Shown piece by piece: positions 26,800 to 40,303 of a stretch of DNA of 64,000 nucleotides. Location: positions 54,428,878 to 54,492,877 of the forward strand of contig NC_068984.1 of the NCBI RefSeq assembly GCF_001194135.2, read 5' to 3'. Numbering within the stretch: the first letter of the stretch is position 1; the number at the start of each line of letters is the position of its first letter. Made by a program: the position numbers and the translations under genes. This DNA is from Octopus bimaculoides. Taxonomy: Eukaryota. The notes beneath the pieces are model-generated. The model was not told the origin of the DNA, made no database searches, and saw nothing but the letters and a program-made list of their open reading frames with translations.

Positions 26800-27324
26800 T
26801 ATGTATGTATGTATATATTTTGTTTGACATTTGAATTAATTTTTTTTATATCCAATTTTTAAAATAAATAATTCAAAATAAATATGCAAGATTTTAGTGT
26901 CTGTTTTATGTTTTCTTCAACTTGATTTATTTGTGCCATGATTAATAGCAGACACATACATTGTTTCCTGACATGATGTGCTTCCATATATCATAGCTGG
27001 CAGTTCATCAAAACATCAACACTCTTCAACACTATAACACACACAGTGATTTATGTAAGTAAACAAGATCGCATTGAAACCATTCTTACTCACTTCTGTT
27101 TTACTGAAATATTTTTAGTTATTCATTTTTGTTTTTATTTTATTAGTATTTTTTTGCTTCTAATGTTTCAAGGTGATAAATAAGTACTACATGTTGTTAT
27201 TTTGATTTTACAACAGAGTGTGCTACCTCTAAGCAATTTCTGTTGGTCAAAGTTACACTGAAAATGAACAGATAAAGATTTATTTGCTTTTAACATATTC
27301 ATTTAGTTAGTTAGTTTTTTTTTT

Positions 27325-27578
27325 GTGCGGGTGGCACATGAAATGCACCATTTTGAGCGTGGCCGTTGCCAGTACCACCTGACTGGCCTTCGTGCGGGTG
27401 ACACGTAAAAGCACCCACTACACTCTGAGTGATTGGCGTTAGGAAGGGCATCCAGCTGTAGAAACTCTGCCAAATCAGATTGGAGCCTGGTGTAGCCATC
27501 TGGTTTCACCAGTCCTCAGTCAAATCGTCCAACCCATGCTAGCATGGAGAGCGGACGTTAAACGACGACGACAACGAT
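27325..27578 (+). mobile_element. RTE LINE 3' end, 5'-truncated
   Basis: GGCGTTAGGAAGGGCATCCAGCTGTAGAAAC motif and (GAC)n tail; homologous to 29490-29696. Confidence 0.8.
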
Positions 27579-28109
27579 ATTTGCTTTCAGCATTTTATTA
27601 ATTAATTAATTTATTTTTTGCACCCTCATAATATCTTAAAACTGCAGAAATTATAACATGAAGCTCTCATTACCATTGCTGCTGTTGCCTCCAATGTCGC
27701 CAACAGCAACAGCAGCTTCGTCAACATCATTTTAGCCCTTTGGATACAAACCCACCCAAAACTGGCCCTGGTTCTTTGATACAAACTTCATGATATAAAG
27801 CGATCCATCTTAAAAACCATTCATCAAAATTTAATGCTAATTTATGTTCCAAATACCAGCTTAATAAAAATAAAATTATTCTAATAATTTTTTTATTATT
27901 TTCAAAATTAATTGAAACAAAAGCAGTGTATTTCAAAAGAAATATGATAAGAAAGAGGTTAATGAACTAACAAAGGGGTCACTACCTGGTTGGTAGACCC
28001 GCTATAAATCAGTAAGGGACACATTGTCCTTAAGAAAAGGAACAACATTTTGGAGTATGTAATTCTAGATGTGTGAATAAAAGATTAGATTGACATAGTT
28101 GGAATGTCC

Positions 28110-29696
28110 TTAATCATAGGTTTACTTTATCAAGGCCTTTGTTGACTTGTCAATGCAGAAACCAGGGATAGATGAATGGTTGGTGAGAGCTGTACAAGCT
28201 ATGTACAGGGATACTACCCGGAAGGTGAGGTTTGGCAATGAGTACAACAAAGAATTCAGGGTACAAGTAGGGGCTCAGCCCCCTCTTGTTCATCATAGTC
28301 TTCCAGGCAATAACAGAGGAATTCAAGACAGGCTGCTCTTCTATGCTGATGACATTGCTCTTGTAGCTGAATTACTACCTGAACTAGAGAAGAAGTTCCA
28401 AGTATGAAAGCAAGGTCTAGAATCAAAGAGCCTTAGAGCTAACCTAGCAAAAATCAAAGTCTTAATAAGTAAGTAGGCAGACAAATCACAAACCTCTTCA
28501 GGTAGATGGCCTTGCTCAATCTGTAGAAAAGGTGTAGGTAGAAACTCTGTAAGATGCACTCAGTGTAAACTTTGGACACATAAAAGGTGCAGCAATATCA
28601 GGGGAAGCTTAACATGGAAACTAGCTTTGCATGCAGAAAATGCATAGGTACAATAAACATTGAAAATAGGCAGAAAATAGACTCCATCAACTGCCAGGGG
28701 AACAAGCTAGAGGTAGTAGATAGCTTCCATTATCTGGGTGACCAAGTTAGTAGTAGAGGTGGAAGCTCTGAAAGTGTAGCTGTGAGAATAAGATTAGGAT
28801 GGGCAAAGTTCAGAGAGCTCCTACCCCTGCTGGCAACAAAGGGCCTTTCTCTCGGAGCAAAAGGCAGATTGTTTTATGCCTATGTGCAAACAGCTATACG
28901 GTATAGTGAGCTGTGACAGCTCATGAGCTGTGACAGATGACATGCGTAGGCTTGAAAGAAATGAAGCCAGTATGCTTCGCTGGATGTGCAATGTCAGTGT
29001 GCATGTTTGACAGAGTAGGCATCAGATGTGGTGTGCAAGAGAGATGATTGTGCTGGTATGGTCATGTGATGTGTATGGATGAGGACAGCTGTGTACAGAA
29101 GTGCCAGTCTCAAACTTTGGAGGGAACTTGTGGTAGAGGTAGGCCCAGGAAGACATGGAACGAGGTGGTGTAGCATGATCTTTGAACTTTGAACCTCACA
29201 GAGGCAATGACTAGTGACCGAGACCTTGGTGATGTGCTGTGCTTGAGAGGACCCATCAAGCCAAGTGCAACTATACTGGTAGCATGTAAAGAACACCTTT
29301 TGAGCGTTGGGCCATACAGAGGCAAAGTGGCTGAGTTCCTTTCGAGTGTTGGGCCTCATGGAGGCAATAACCGAGACCTTTAGCATTATGTTGTGCTTGA
29401 GAAGAAGACNNNNNNNNNNAATAACCGAGACCTTTAGCATTATGTTGTGCTTGAGAAGAAGACCCATCAAGCTGAGCAAAGTTGCAGTTGTGGCAGATAC
29501 CAGTGGCACACAAACTGGCACCCTTGTGTCACGTAAATGCACTCATTACACTCTTGGAGTGGTTGACATTAGGAAGGGCATCCAGCTGTAGAAAACTATG
29601 CCAAATCAGACTGGAGTCTGGTGCAGCCTTCCAGCCCAATCAAACCATCTAACCTGTACCAGCATGGACAATGGATGTTAAATGATGATGATGATA
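28110..29696 (+). mobile_element. RTE-clade LINE, RT domain to 3' tail, degenerate
   Basis: GIDEWLVRAVQAMY, LFYADDIALVAE, LEVVDSFHYLGD and RLGWAKFRELLPLL; ends in GTTAAATGATGATGATGAT. Confidence 0.9.
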
Positions 29697-30599
29697 TATA
29701 TACACACATACACAGACACACGTACATATATATGTATACATATGTTCCACATATTTATTCAAGCATATATACTAATAATACAATAGTGTACATTTTGAGA
29801 GATTTGGTTAGTTTTCCATGCAGAGGCCTCTTGTTGGCTTGTACCACATGAGTTGTTTATCTCCAAGTCAAAGGCATACTATCACCACCCCAACTTAATT
29901 TTAAGTATAATGTAACTTGGGCATTGCCACTCAATGTGTTCTTTTTCAAAACAGTAAGATATTATGATATTAAGTGCAGCACAACCATATTGTTATGAAA
30001 TTCATTTCTGAATCATAAGATCTATGGTTTTGATTGCATTGTGTGACATCTAAGGCAAGTGTCTTTTACTATGATCTTGAGTTGATCCATTCCTTGTGAA
30101 ATTGGATGGATGAGAAGTCTGTAAAAGCTCCTCAGATTGATTGAATCTGTAGTTAAAAAGCTAATCTTTGACACATTGTTATGCTGATTCTGCTTGAGAA
30201 TTAAAATAAGGGTACATGTGTCTATGGAATACTCAGCTACTTAATAAACATTTATTGAACCTGATTGAAGAACTGTAAACTCAGGGTTAAGATTCTGACC
30301 AAAATACCAAAATGCAAAAAGTCATCTGAGTAAGAGTTAGCTTTTATTTCTAGCAGCCTAAGCAGCAATATAGAGATTCCCTTGTTGGTGTAATGTAATA
30401 TGGGGATGTGATAACTTAATAAGTCTCCTAAACTGGATTTATTTACTGTGGAATTTGTTCCTGGTCTTTGAGTTCTGAGTTCAAACCCCACTGTGGCCTG
30501 CTTGGATGGTAGACTTAATACATCACCTGGTTTAACGCCATCCAGTGATTTTTTTTTAGGTGCTTTAGAATCCTCTTCAGCTGCTAGAAATAACAGCTA

Positions 30600-30900
30600 T
30601 ATAGATTTGATATTAGTTGGTATTAGTTCTTTTAACTCTGAAGCACTTTATGATACAAAAGATTTTGTTTCAGAAATCTAGAGAGAAAACTAAGGCAGCA
30701 TCTGTATGTCTCCTATCATTGCTGTTTGAGACTTCTTTACTGTGGAACATCTTTCATGATAGGCCTGCTCAATCAGAACAGATCAGGTGCTACACAACAT
30801 ACATTCAAGTAGAAACATTGTTTTCAATGGGACAAGGCCTGTTTTTGTTGAGGAGGGAAGTAGTCTTGTTGTTTAGTGCTGTGTCAGCAGTGGCCAGGTA
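30600..30900 (+). mobile_element. Possible LINE AP-endonuclease relic
   Basis: FNSEALYDTKD (like NxRSLxNK), PIIAV/ET (like DIIAVTETWL) and RREVVLLF (like GGGVxLY), across frameshifts. Confidence 0.3.
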
Positions 30901-32559
30901 GACCTATGATCAAAGGTCATACATCAATGATCATCCCAACACTTTATTTTTTTAGTGCATCTAAAGTGTCCTATTGTATGTGGGATATTTGTCTGCTAAA
31001 CAAGTTGAGTGACCACATAAAGACTTCCCTTTTTATCAACTCTGGAGAAAGAGAGAGTAAAACTGATTCAAACTTGGAATAAAGAGGGACAGACTGATTA
31101 AAAGTAATAGGATGATAACATTTACTAAACTGTACCAGTCAATGTGGAGTAACATGAAATACCAAGCAATAATTAACAGCATCAAAAAGGTATTGAATAA
31201 TGTCAACTATTCATCAAACAATGAAGAAAATCTACATTAAACAGCAGTCAAGAAATAACAAAAGAGAGCTATGAAAAGTGATTTTGTGAAATCAAGCTTT
31301 TACCCTGACTACATCTTTTTTTGTGGTTGTTATATAGTATCTGAAATCCACAGATATTTAGAAAACAACTTTGATTATCATCAAGATTTTAGGGAATTTA
31401 TAAAAATCAGTCTTATTTTTTGTTTTTGAAACAATATGTTTATCCCAGTGGCGAAACAATAGACTGTTATTAATGTATTGTTTTGTCAGATTTTACAGAA
31501 CTTATCGCTTTGTCAGTGTAATTTAAACTGTAGTTTCTTGAAGCAAGTATGAGAGAGAGGTCATCATTTGATTGAAGAAACATCTAAAGTAAAGTCTTGG
31601 CAGACTAGTTGACTTGATTTTTTAAATAACTATTTCGATAAATATTTTTAAGAACTATTTCGATAAATATTTTTAAGAACTACTTTCATACACATATTTG
31701 GTGATTCAATATAATGTATCTGGACAAGAAAATGAGATAATTACTTATATTTAAAAAACAAAACAAAAACAGTAGCTCATATTTGAACTTTCTGCAGAAC
31801 CTTGTTTTATATTTAAAAGAGAACATTCGTAACGTGATAATATTTTAGCTGACCTGTGATCAAAAACGTCATTCCAGCCGTGACAATCCCATTTTACTTT
31901 TAGGCATAGCATAACTAGCAGTACTTTAAGGTAGTCATTTTTTATAAGACGTCTTTATGCAATTATATAGAACATCTGGATGGTGATTTGGTAGCGTTAG
32001 TAGAGCATCAGACAAATTACGTTGTGGTGTATAGTTATGTCACTTTAGCTACAGCAATTCAGATCCCACAGCGGTCATTTCTTCATTTCACCCTTCTTAG
32101 TCATTTTAATAAAATTGACACATTAAATAAAGCTCCGACATCGGCAGTCCTTTAGAAACAAACCTCTCTAAGACAATGAACTGCAATAAAAAAAAGTTAT
32201 GGAAATGGAAAATATATACAAAATAAATAATTTATGCAAAAAATTAGAAAGATTCATCTATTTTAAAATATTTTATACCAAAAAATAAAACAAATGGAAA
32301 ACAGGCACTCGTGAATATAAACAAACATGTTGGACGATACAAGGGGCGGTAAATTGCTTATACCAGTAAAGTAGCCACTAAACCTTTTTTTATTTTCTCT
32401 CTGTTTATTTCTGTTTCTTTCTGTTGAAGAGCATAGGCTCGAAATGTAAAAGACTTTCTCACTTCCCGAGCGTTAAACTAATACATCTGTTTGTTGTTTA
32501 TACACCCGTCTTCGTCTTTTGTTTTGTTTGTTTTATTCCAACTATTAGTAATGATACGT

Positions 32560-32819
32560 GGGGCCTGACAATATCGTCTGCGAATTGTAAGAAGACCGTT
32601 TCACGATCTGTTTCTTGAAATTTAGTTTATAACCAATACATACTATTATGTCAAATGTTGTGCCTGAACGTGGAATTTTTAATTCTTTGACCTTATTTCG
32701 TCTCGGAAGAGATTTTGGGAACAATAGAAAAGGCCATTAACTAACCCTAACGAGTATGCACAGTACAGAAAATCTAATTAAAAACAATCATGAATTTGCA
32801 AACGATATTGTCAGGCTCC
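32560..32819. mobile_element. MITE-like element with roughly 28 bp inverted ends
   Basis: GGGGCCTGACAATATCGTCTGCGAATT versus GAATTTGCAAACGATATTGTCAGGCTCC; internal TAACCCTAAC; no clear TSD. Confidence 0.6.
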
Positions 32820-33009
32820 TTGTATCATTAATAATAGTTGACCGGTAAAAGTAAATTACCGCCGCGTGTATCGTCCGACATGTTTGTTTATATTCATGAG
32901 TACCCGTTTTCCGTTTGTTTTATTTTTTTGGTATAAAACATTTAAAAATGGATGAATTTTTCTAATTTTTTGCATACATCATTTATTTTGTATATATTTT
33001 TTAAACGTT

Positions 33010-33470
33010 ACATTTCATTGTCTTTGAGAGGTGCGTTTCTAAAGGAGCTCCCCGACATCAAGCAACTGACTTGGTAGACACCTACAAGAATATCCACCGT
33101 CTTTCCAACAACAACCTTGGGCTCCTTTTTGAATTCCATACGTTTAACATCCACGGAGTTGCTAACAAAATCAGAAAACAGCACAGCATCCATGACTTTC
33201 GGAAACATTTTTTTACGCTCAGAATTGCTGAAGCATGGAATTATCTAATCGTATCGGTTGTTAGCTGTCGGGACAACATCCTTCAAGACGTCCGTGCTTC
33301 CTGAAATTCGCCAGCACTACACTAGATGTTCTTTTTAAAGATATTTTTGTGACTCATTCCCTGTTCGTTGTTTCTTTGTGCATTATTTGTGTACTGTGCG
33401 TGCACTTTTGGCTACCTTTTCTGATGGGTTATAGTGCATCTGAGCACTGTATAAAATAAGTTCATTATTA
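33010..33470 (+). mobile_element. CR1/L2-type LINE 3' end
   Basis: DLVDTYK..LFEF..RKHFFTLRIAEAWN matches the conserved CR1 C-terminal RKxFFxxRVVxxWN motif. Confidence 0.75.
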
Positions 33471-33870
33471 TTGGCTAGCTGGCAGAATCGTTAGCATGCC
33501 GGGCAAAATGCTTGGTGGCATTTCGTCCGTCTTTACATTCTTAGTTCAAATTCCGCCGAGGTCGACTTTGCTTTTCATCCTCCAGGACCGATAAAATAAG
33601 TACCAGTTGAGCACAGGGGTCGATGCAATCGATTCACCCCTCCTCCGATTTTGCTGGCCTTGTGCCAAAATTTCAAATCATTATTATAATTATGAAGGCG
33701 GTGAACTGATATAATTGTTTACGTTCTGAGTTCAAATTCTGCTGAGGTCGACTTCGCCTTTTATCCTTTCGGGGTCGATAAAATAAGTACCAGTTGGACA
33801 GTGGTGTTTGTGTAATCAGCTTATACCTTCCCCAAAATTGATGACCTTGTGCCAAAATCTGAAACCATTA
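33470..33870 (+). mobile_element. Two tandem SINE family B copies in sense orientation
   Basis: AGCTGGCAGAATCGTTAGC head, GTTCAAATTCCG B-box, tails CCTTGTGCCAAAATTTCAAATCATTATT and CCTTGTGCCAAAATCTGAAACCATTATTATT. Confidence 0.9.
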
Positions 33871-34686
33871 TTATTATTGCACGCGTGTATACTCACAAGT
33901 ATGCGTGAACTTAAGTCGATACAAATATATGCATATATAAGTAATTATTAGCAAGTGGCCTAATTTTGAAAAACACCTCTCCAATTTCTCGACATTATTG
34001 GCAAATAATTAGGATAACAACCACAGAATTAATACAGAACAACCGGTATATTGAGTTTCCCACCCTCTCCAGAAGAAACTTGATATGCATATTGTTAGAG
34101 TATCTAATGATAGATGTAATTTCGAAAGAAGGACACATTGGTAAATAGAGAAGCAAGGCAGAAAGGTAAGACGAGAGAAAGAAACAAAGAAAAAGAGCTG
34201 GAGACTGGGGAACATAAGTGGTTGTAAAAGAAATATAATGATGGTGATGAAATATAATGAATAAGTAGAATGGGATAAAGGAGACAAGAGCCAGAATGAC
34301 GAAGAAAAGAAAGTGAGATGAAAAAGAAAACGACAGAAATGTGAACGAAAAATAGAAGGCAGAAAGTGAAGATGAAGATTTTAAAAAATGCCGAGAAGGA
34401 AAAAAAAAAAAAATAAGAAAACGGTAGACGAGGAGAACAAAGAAGCAATGACAAAAAGAATAACGTCATAATATTTCTTTATTGCCCACACGGGGCTAAA
34501 CATAGAAAGGAGGGATTAAGTCGATTACATCGACACCAGTGTGTAACTGGTACTTATTTAATCGACCCCGAAAAGATGAAAGGCAAAGTCAACCTCGGCG
34601 GAATTTGAACTCAGAACGTAACGGCAGACGAAATGCCGCTAAGCAGTTCGCCCGGCGTGCTAACAATTCTGCCAGCTCGGTTTTTA

Positions 34687-36246
34687 TAGCGGCCATAATA
34701 TAAGGATCAGTAAAAACAAGTGTGTTGAAATAGTTATTATAGAAGGTTAACAACATGTTGAGACTAGATATTCTGCACATATTTAAATATATCTAATATC
34801 TATCTTTCGTGAAAATTTCAAGTGAACGGAATAAATATTTCGTAATTTATGAAGAAATAAACAAACAATCTTCCAAATCGCTGCGGCTAAAAGTTAAGGG
34901 TCACTTAGAAAAAAATGAACTACTAACCAAGGTATTTGTTGTTTAGAAGATTGTTAATGGGTTAACAGTTACTTCTTATGATATTACATTATTGGAACAT
35001 TCAACTGGCAACATGGCAGCTTGTGAGAGATGACCGGTGTCCTGTGATGAAAAACAAAGGATTGTGTGCCTTCACCGAGAGGGCAAGTCAAATCCTGTGA
35101 TAGCAACTACTGTAGGAAGGTCTAGAAGTTTTGTGCCACGAATTCTAGCTCGTTTTAAGTCACCAGGTTCGACAGATGATTAACCCCAAACTGGTAGACC
35201 TCGTAAGACTTCACCAAGACAGGATCGTATTATGGTTAGAATGTCACTGAAGGATAGGTTTAAGAGTGCTGCTGAGATATTCCGCGAGTTTAGCTTCACT
35301 TCCGATGTCAAAGCAGTTCCTCGAAGGCTACGAGGTTCTGGGTTGCTTGCTCGGGCTCCGGCAAAGAAACCTCTGATCGCCAAAAAGAATCAAAGAGCTC
35401 GTCTTCATTTCACTCACGAACATGTCGTTTGGACAGAAGAACAGTGGTCGTAGGTTCATTTTAGCGATGAAGCGAAGTTTAATGTGATTGGTTCCGATGG
35501 CGGGATGTACGTCCGACGAAGAAGTGGCGAAAGGTTATCTAGTGTACGTGTGAAGAAGACAGTGCAATATGGAGGAGGCAGTGTGATGGTATGGGGAGCG
35601 ATCTCTGCTGCTGGTCCAGGTGTATTCATACGCCTACAAGTGACTGTCAACTGAAATCTACAAGCAGATTCTTAGACAGCATACCCCTTGCACATTTCCG
35701 ATCCTCGTCAGTTCAACTTCTTTTCTTCGTGCAGGACAACGCTCCCTGTCACATTGCGAAGAGAGTCATAGGCTTTATGAGTGATGAAGGGGTTGATCTC
35801 ATGGACTGGTCACCTCAAAGTCCCGATCTCAGCCCTATAGAAAACGTTTGGAAGATTACTGGAGATGGGGCGCGAAGGAGAAATCGAAAGAACCAAGATG
35901 AACTCTGGTAATTATTGGAAAACAAATGAAACAATATTACTTCATCATTTTGCAAGAAATTAATTAAGTCTTGAGATAACAGATGTCAGGAGGTTATTGA
36001 TAGTAAAGGGATGTTCACAAAATATTAATAGTAAGGGTTTCTTTTTTGTTTTTAGTCCATTTTCATTGTTTTTCTAAGTGACCCTTAACTTTTGGCCATT
36101 GCAGATAGAAAGATTATTTGTTTATTTCCTTATAACTTACGAAATATTTATTCCATTCACTTGAAATTTTCACGAAAGGTAGATATTAGATATATCTAAA
36201 TATGTGTAAAATATGTAGTCTCAACGTTTTGTTAATCTTATCTATA
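34687..36246 (+). mobile_element. Tc1-family DD34E transposon with long IR/DR-type TIRs, inactive
   Basis: Pseudo-ORF at about 35030-36027 with GRPRKT, FSDEAKF, VMVWG and QDNAPCH...SPDLSPIE (34 residues between D and E, counted). Inverted repeats at 34738-34915 and 36060-36246. Confidence 0.92.
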
Positions 36247-36447
36247 AAAGGCAGATTTTTCTATGTGTGTGTGTGTTGAAAATTCATACATTTACACAAC
36301 AAGCATACATGTATGTATGCATGTATGTATGTATGTTTTAAATAAAAAGTATGAAACTCTACTCATATTTAGTATTGAGTGCTACATATCAAAGTTATCA
36401 ATTTCGATTGAACCAATTTCAGCAAATTAAATACATCTCGCTGTCTG

Positions 36448-36493
<46 letters not shown>

Positions 36494-36800
36494 GGTACAT
36501 TGTTGACATGTAAAATTGAATGACGTCATAAACGCTTCTGGAGGAGTCGAAATAAAGACTTAACGATTTAATCTCAAACAAGGAAATATCGAAAAGACGA
36601 AGCGGTTGATATTAGAGATGAAGCTACACTGGTGTGAGCAAGTCGTCGCTAAGGAAAGTGAATTTAGAACAATAACCCCGTATAAAACGATTTTTATCCT
36701 TGGGTAGCAACTATTATTTCTTACTTGTTTACCCCTACAAAATATGAAAAATGGCTAATATTTCCTTCAAACTTTGCTTTTGTTACATTTATTCAAACCC

Positions 36801-36953
36801 CAAAGAATCCCTCTCAACACATGGCTATGATGCTCCCCCACTACTGCTCATGATCAGAGATGCACATACTATCAGCCACTAAGTGACATGCTCAAGTGGT
36901 TATGGTCAAGCAACTGACAAAGCAAATTCGTGGTATTGAGCAGAATATTTGCT
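36801..36953. repeat. Unclassified interspersed repeat, inverted homolog at 53889-54042
   Basis: CTCTCAACACATGGCTATG..GAGCAGAATATTTGCT is present as its reverse complement at 53889-54042. Confidence 0.7.
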
Positions 36954-37548
36954 ATAACGATATTTCTACTTCAGCAACTCAATGCTGAATCTATCTGAAA
37001 TGTAATGGAAAATAGGCCAGCTTCAAAACATAGATGTCCAGGTCACAAAAGCAAAGTTTGAAGGGAATAATAGTAATTTTCTTTGATTTCTGTATTGAAG
37101 CAAATAGGAAATAACACTTACTGACCCCACTCCCCGCAAAAAGAAACAAACTCCATCTCACACAGTCTACCGTAAATGCCAACGGTGTAAAAACGCTCCA
37201 GGTATTTCTATCGTTCTCTTTCAATATGTACTTTGTGAGTTACACACAAACGTAAAGAAGGATATAATTGATTCATAAAAATTTGTATAATATCAGTTTA
37301 TATTTTCATCTGAAGAAATGACAGGCTAAATTGACTTCAACAGGATCCAAACTCTCAGAAAGAAAAAATATTTATTCCAGAAACCCTGTTACACATCTAA
37401 CACCCATACTTACAAGTCAAAAGAGAAGGTCTAGGAGGTTACACAAGCCTGCTAGACTTAGCAGCAAAATTTCCTCAAGTTACACCCTGCCATCTCAGAA
37501 CACGAAATGCAACAAATGGCAGATATCGCAAAGCACGCGCACACACGC

Positions 37549-37585
<37 letters not shown>

Positions 37586-38129
37586 GACAAGGCTTCCACC
37601 TTTCTATGTCCCAATCAGTATTCTTGACATAGATTCCAAACAAGATCACGGTCAAGGTGACTTATGATCAAAAGTGTTTCAGTTATGATCACAACTATTT
37701 TGGCACCAATCCAGATTCGCCTATCACTTAACAGTTTTACATTTCATTTGACAGCTAACAGTTTTGCACTTTTTCACACTTTCACTTTACCTTTGAAATT
37801 ACATTGTACGCTCACCATAACAGCTATAAGATCGCTACTCTTGCGAGAAATAGCAGCCAAGTGTACCTCAAATTACATCCTAATACTTTTAAAAGAAGAA
37901 AGTACACATTTCTAATGATAGTCATTGCTGGGATGCCTGACCAAGTGTTAACAACAGCTATAGAAGATGAGAACTTTCTTAAAGGTTTATTAAGGTAACC
38001 TAAAGCTAAAAAATAAAAAGAATTACGAAAATCCTTTTATAAAATTGAATAAATAAATAAATAAATGAGCGGAATATATTTTTAAACATTTTAAATAAAG
38101 ATGAAAACAGGTTCAGTTTGGCTCAATTT

Positions 38130-40216
38130 CGCAGTACTTGACTGGTACTTATTTCATCGATCCCTGAACGTGATGTCGACCTCAGCAGAACTCGAACTCT
38201 GGACATAAAGAACCAAAAGAAGTGCTGTTAAACACTTTGTTCGATGCGCTAACGACTCTACCAGCTCGCCACCTTTAGGCAGAGTGTAATTTAATCCTTT
38301 CTTCTCTAGGTACAAGGCCTGGAATTTTGGGGCAGAGTATAATCGATTACATCTACCCCAGTACTCAACTGATACTTGATTTATCGACCCCGAAAGGATG
38401 AATGGCAAAGTCGATCTCGTAACGTAGCGACAAACGAAATACCACTAAGCATTTCGCCCGGTGTTCTAACGATTCTGCCAGCTCGCCCCTTATGCAGACT
38501 GTAATTAATTGTAGAAAGTATTAATTTTTGAAATCCTTTTGAAAAAAAAACGAAACACGAAACCAAATGTATTGTTGCAAATATTGATTGTATCAGAAAA
38601 AAAAAAAAAAAAAAAAAACATTCTATACAAAAAAATTTTGGTTTACTTTGAAATAATTTTAAATCATTTGTAAGAATGATGGAAAGAATTTAGGGAAACA
38701 CCTTAGATGAGAAACGAAACATTCCGTTTGCAAAACTTTTTGTTGGTTTGCCGTGAATCAGGAATTTTGTGGACCCAGTAATTGCAACTAGCACAAACAA
38801 TGCATAATCTATGTTGCAAAAAGCTAAAAGTACGAAGGAAAAAGTAAATATATGTGGTTCTCATTGAACTCTACTTCGTGGCTATTTAGAAGAAATGTCG
38901 TGACAAACATGAAAATGAGCATATTGCTTTTTGCACAATATGAATGACATCCATTCGTTTTATCAAGCTTTTTTGTAACTATATTTGGAACAATAATGCT
39001 TCCAACTTTTGTATTTTAGTTTTCAAAATACTGTATTTGATGACATAAAACGCACTTTTCCCAAGAAAAATAAAGAAGTCTCAAAGAATCACCCCGGGTC
39101 CTACATGCAAAGCTAATTATTTCTTTGAGGTTTACTACTGTGGGATAATTTCAACCCTGACAGTGTCTTTTACTTACTCCGACTCCATAATAATATTTAC
39201 TAGAAGATTATTGGTTTCAGATTTTGGCACAAGGCCAGCAAATTCGGGGCAGGGATTATGTCGATTACATTGACTCCAGTGATCAACTGGTACTTACTTT
39301 ATGGATCACCAAAGGCTAAAAGGCAAAGTCGAACTCGGCAGAATCTGAACTCAAAACGTAGAGAAGGACGAAATGCCGTTAAGTGGTTTGGCTGGCGTGC
39401 TAACGATTCTGCCAGTTCACCACCTTAGAGATTGCGTTAAAGTTTTTACTGTATTTAAAGTACATAAATGCTTTAATACAGTAAAAAAAAAAGAAAAAAA
39501 AGAATTATTGAATATGCACTGCTGAAACTGGATGCGTAAGAATGGCCGTGTATCTTTTATGCTTTCAGATACAGTTATAGGATAATTCTGATATGAAACC
39601 TTTTTCCATGTAGCTTGCTTGAAACGATATCATATATTGCCTTCGTGTTTTTCAGCCCAATCTAGAGTTCTGAATGTTGTAAATATTTTTGTAACAATTC
39701 TACTGTGGTATCTAAGTTTTGAAACTAATAAAAAATTCACATATAAATTGTTTTTTTTTTTTCATACAGTATTTACGACAATAAATTTTTCTTTTGTGTT
39801 TCGTTTTCTTTTTTTTGCCAAAATTTGGTGGGAGAAGACTAGTCAATTACATCGACCTCCAGTACTCAACTTGTCGACCCCGAATAATGAAAGGCAAAGT
39901 CGACCTCGGTGGCATTTAAACTTAGAATGTAAAATAGGAAGAAATGCCGCTAAGCATTTTTCTCGGTGGAGTAACGATGCTGCCAATTTGGCACCTTTGA
40001 GGCTAATTTATAATCCTTTCTACTGTAGGTACAAGGCCTGAAATTTTAAGGTAGGAGACTTGTCGATCATATCGGCCCATTACTTAATTTATCGACTTCG
40101 AAAGGACGAAAGGCAAAGTCAACCTCGGCAGAATTTAAACTCAGAACGTAAAGACAGACTAAACATCGCTAAGCATTTTGCTCGGCGTGCTAATGATTCT
40201 GTCAGCTCGCCGCCTT
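38130..40216 (-). mobile_element. SINE family B copies (2 at 38130-38490, 1 at 39215-39428, 2 at 39812-40216)
   Basis: Same unit as at 22050-23192, with CpGs largely retained. Confidence 0.88.
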
Positions 40217-40303
40217 AAGGCTTAATTTATAATAGAAGGTATTACCAGTTTTAGGAATCATCTTTATATATATATATATATATATATATAAATCTCAGAT
40301 AGC

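Noticed and set aside
29366-29463. Exact 44 bp direct repeat on either side of a 10 N gap
   Set aside because: Identical sequence flanking a gap is typical of an unmerged contig overlap, so it is likely an assembly artefact.
31628-31699. 25 bp tandem duplication (2 exact copies plus a decayed third)
   Set aside because: Ordinary slippage-type duplication in AT-rich DNA with no further structure.
34009-34469. Hydrophobic 92 and 121 aa minus-strand ORFs
   Set aside because: They are translations of a purine-rich (GA/AAAG) low-complexity tract and show no family motif.
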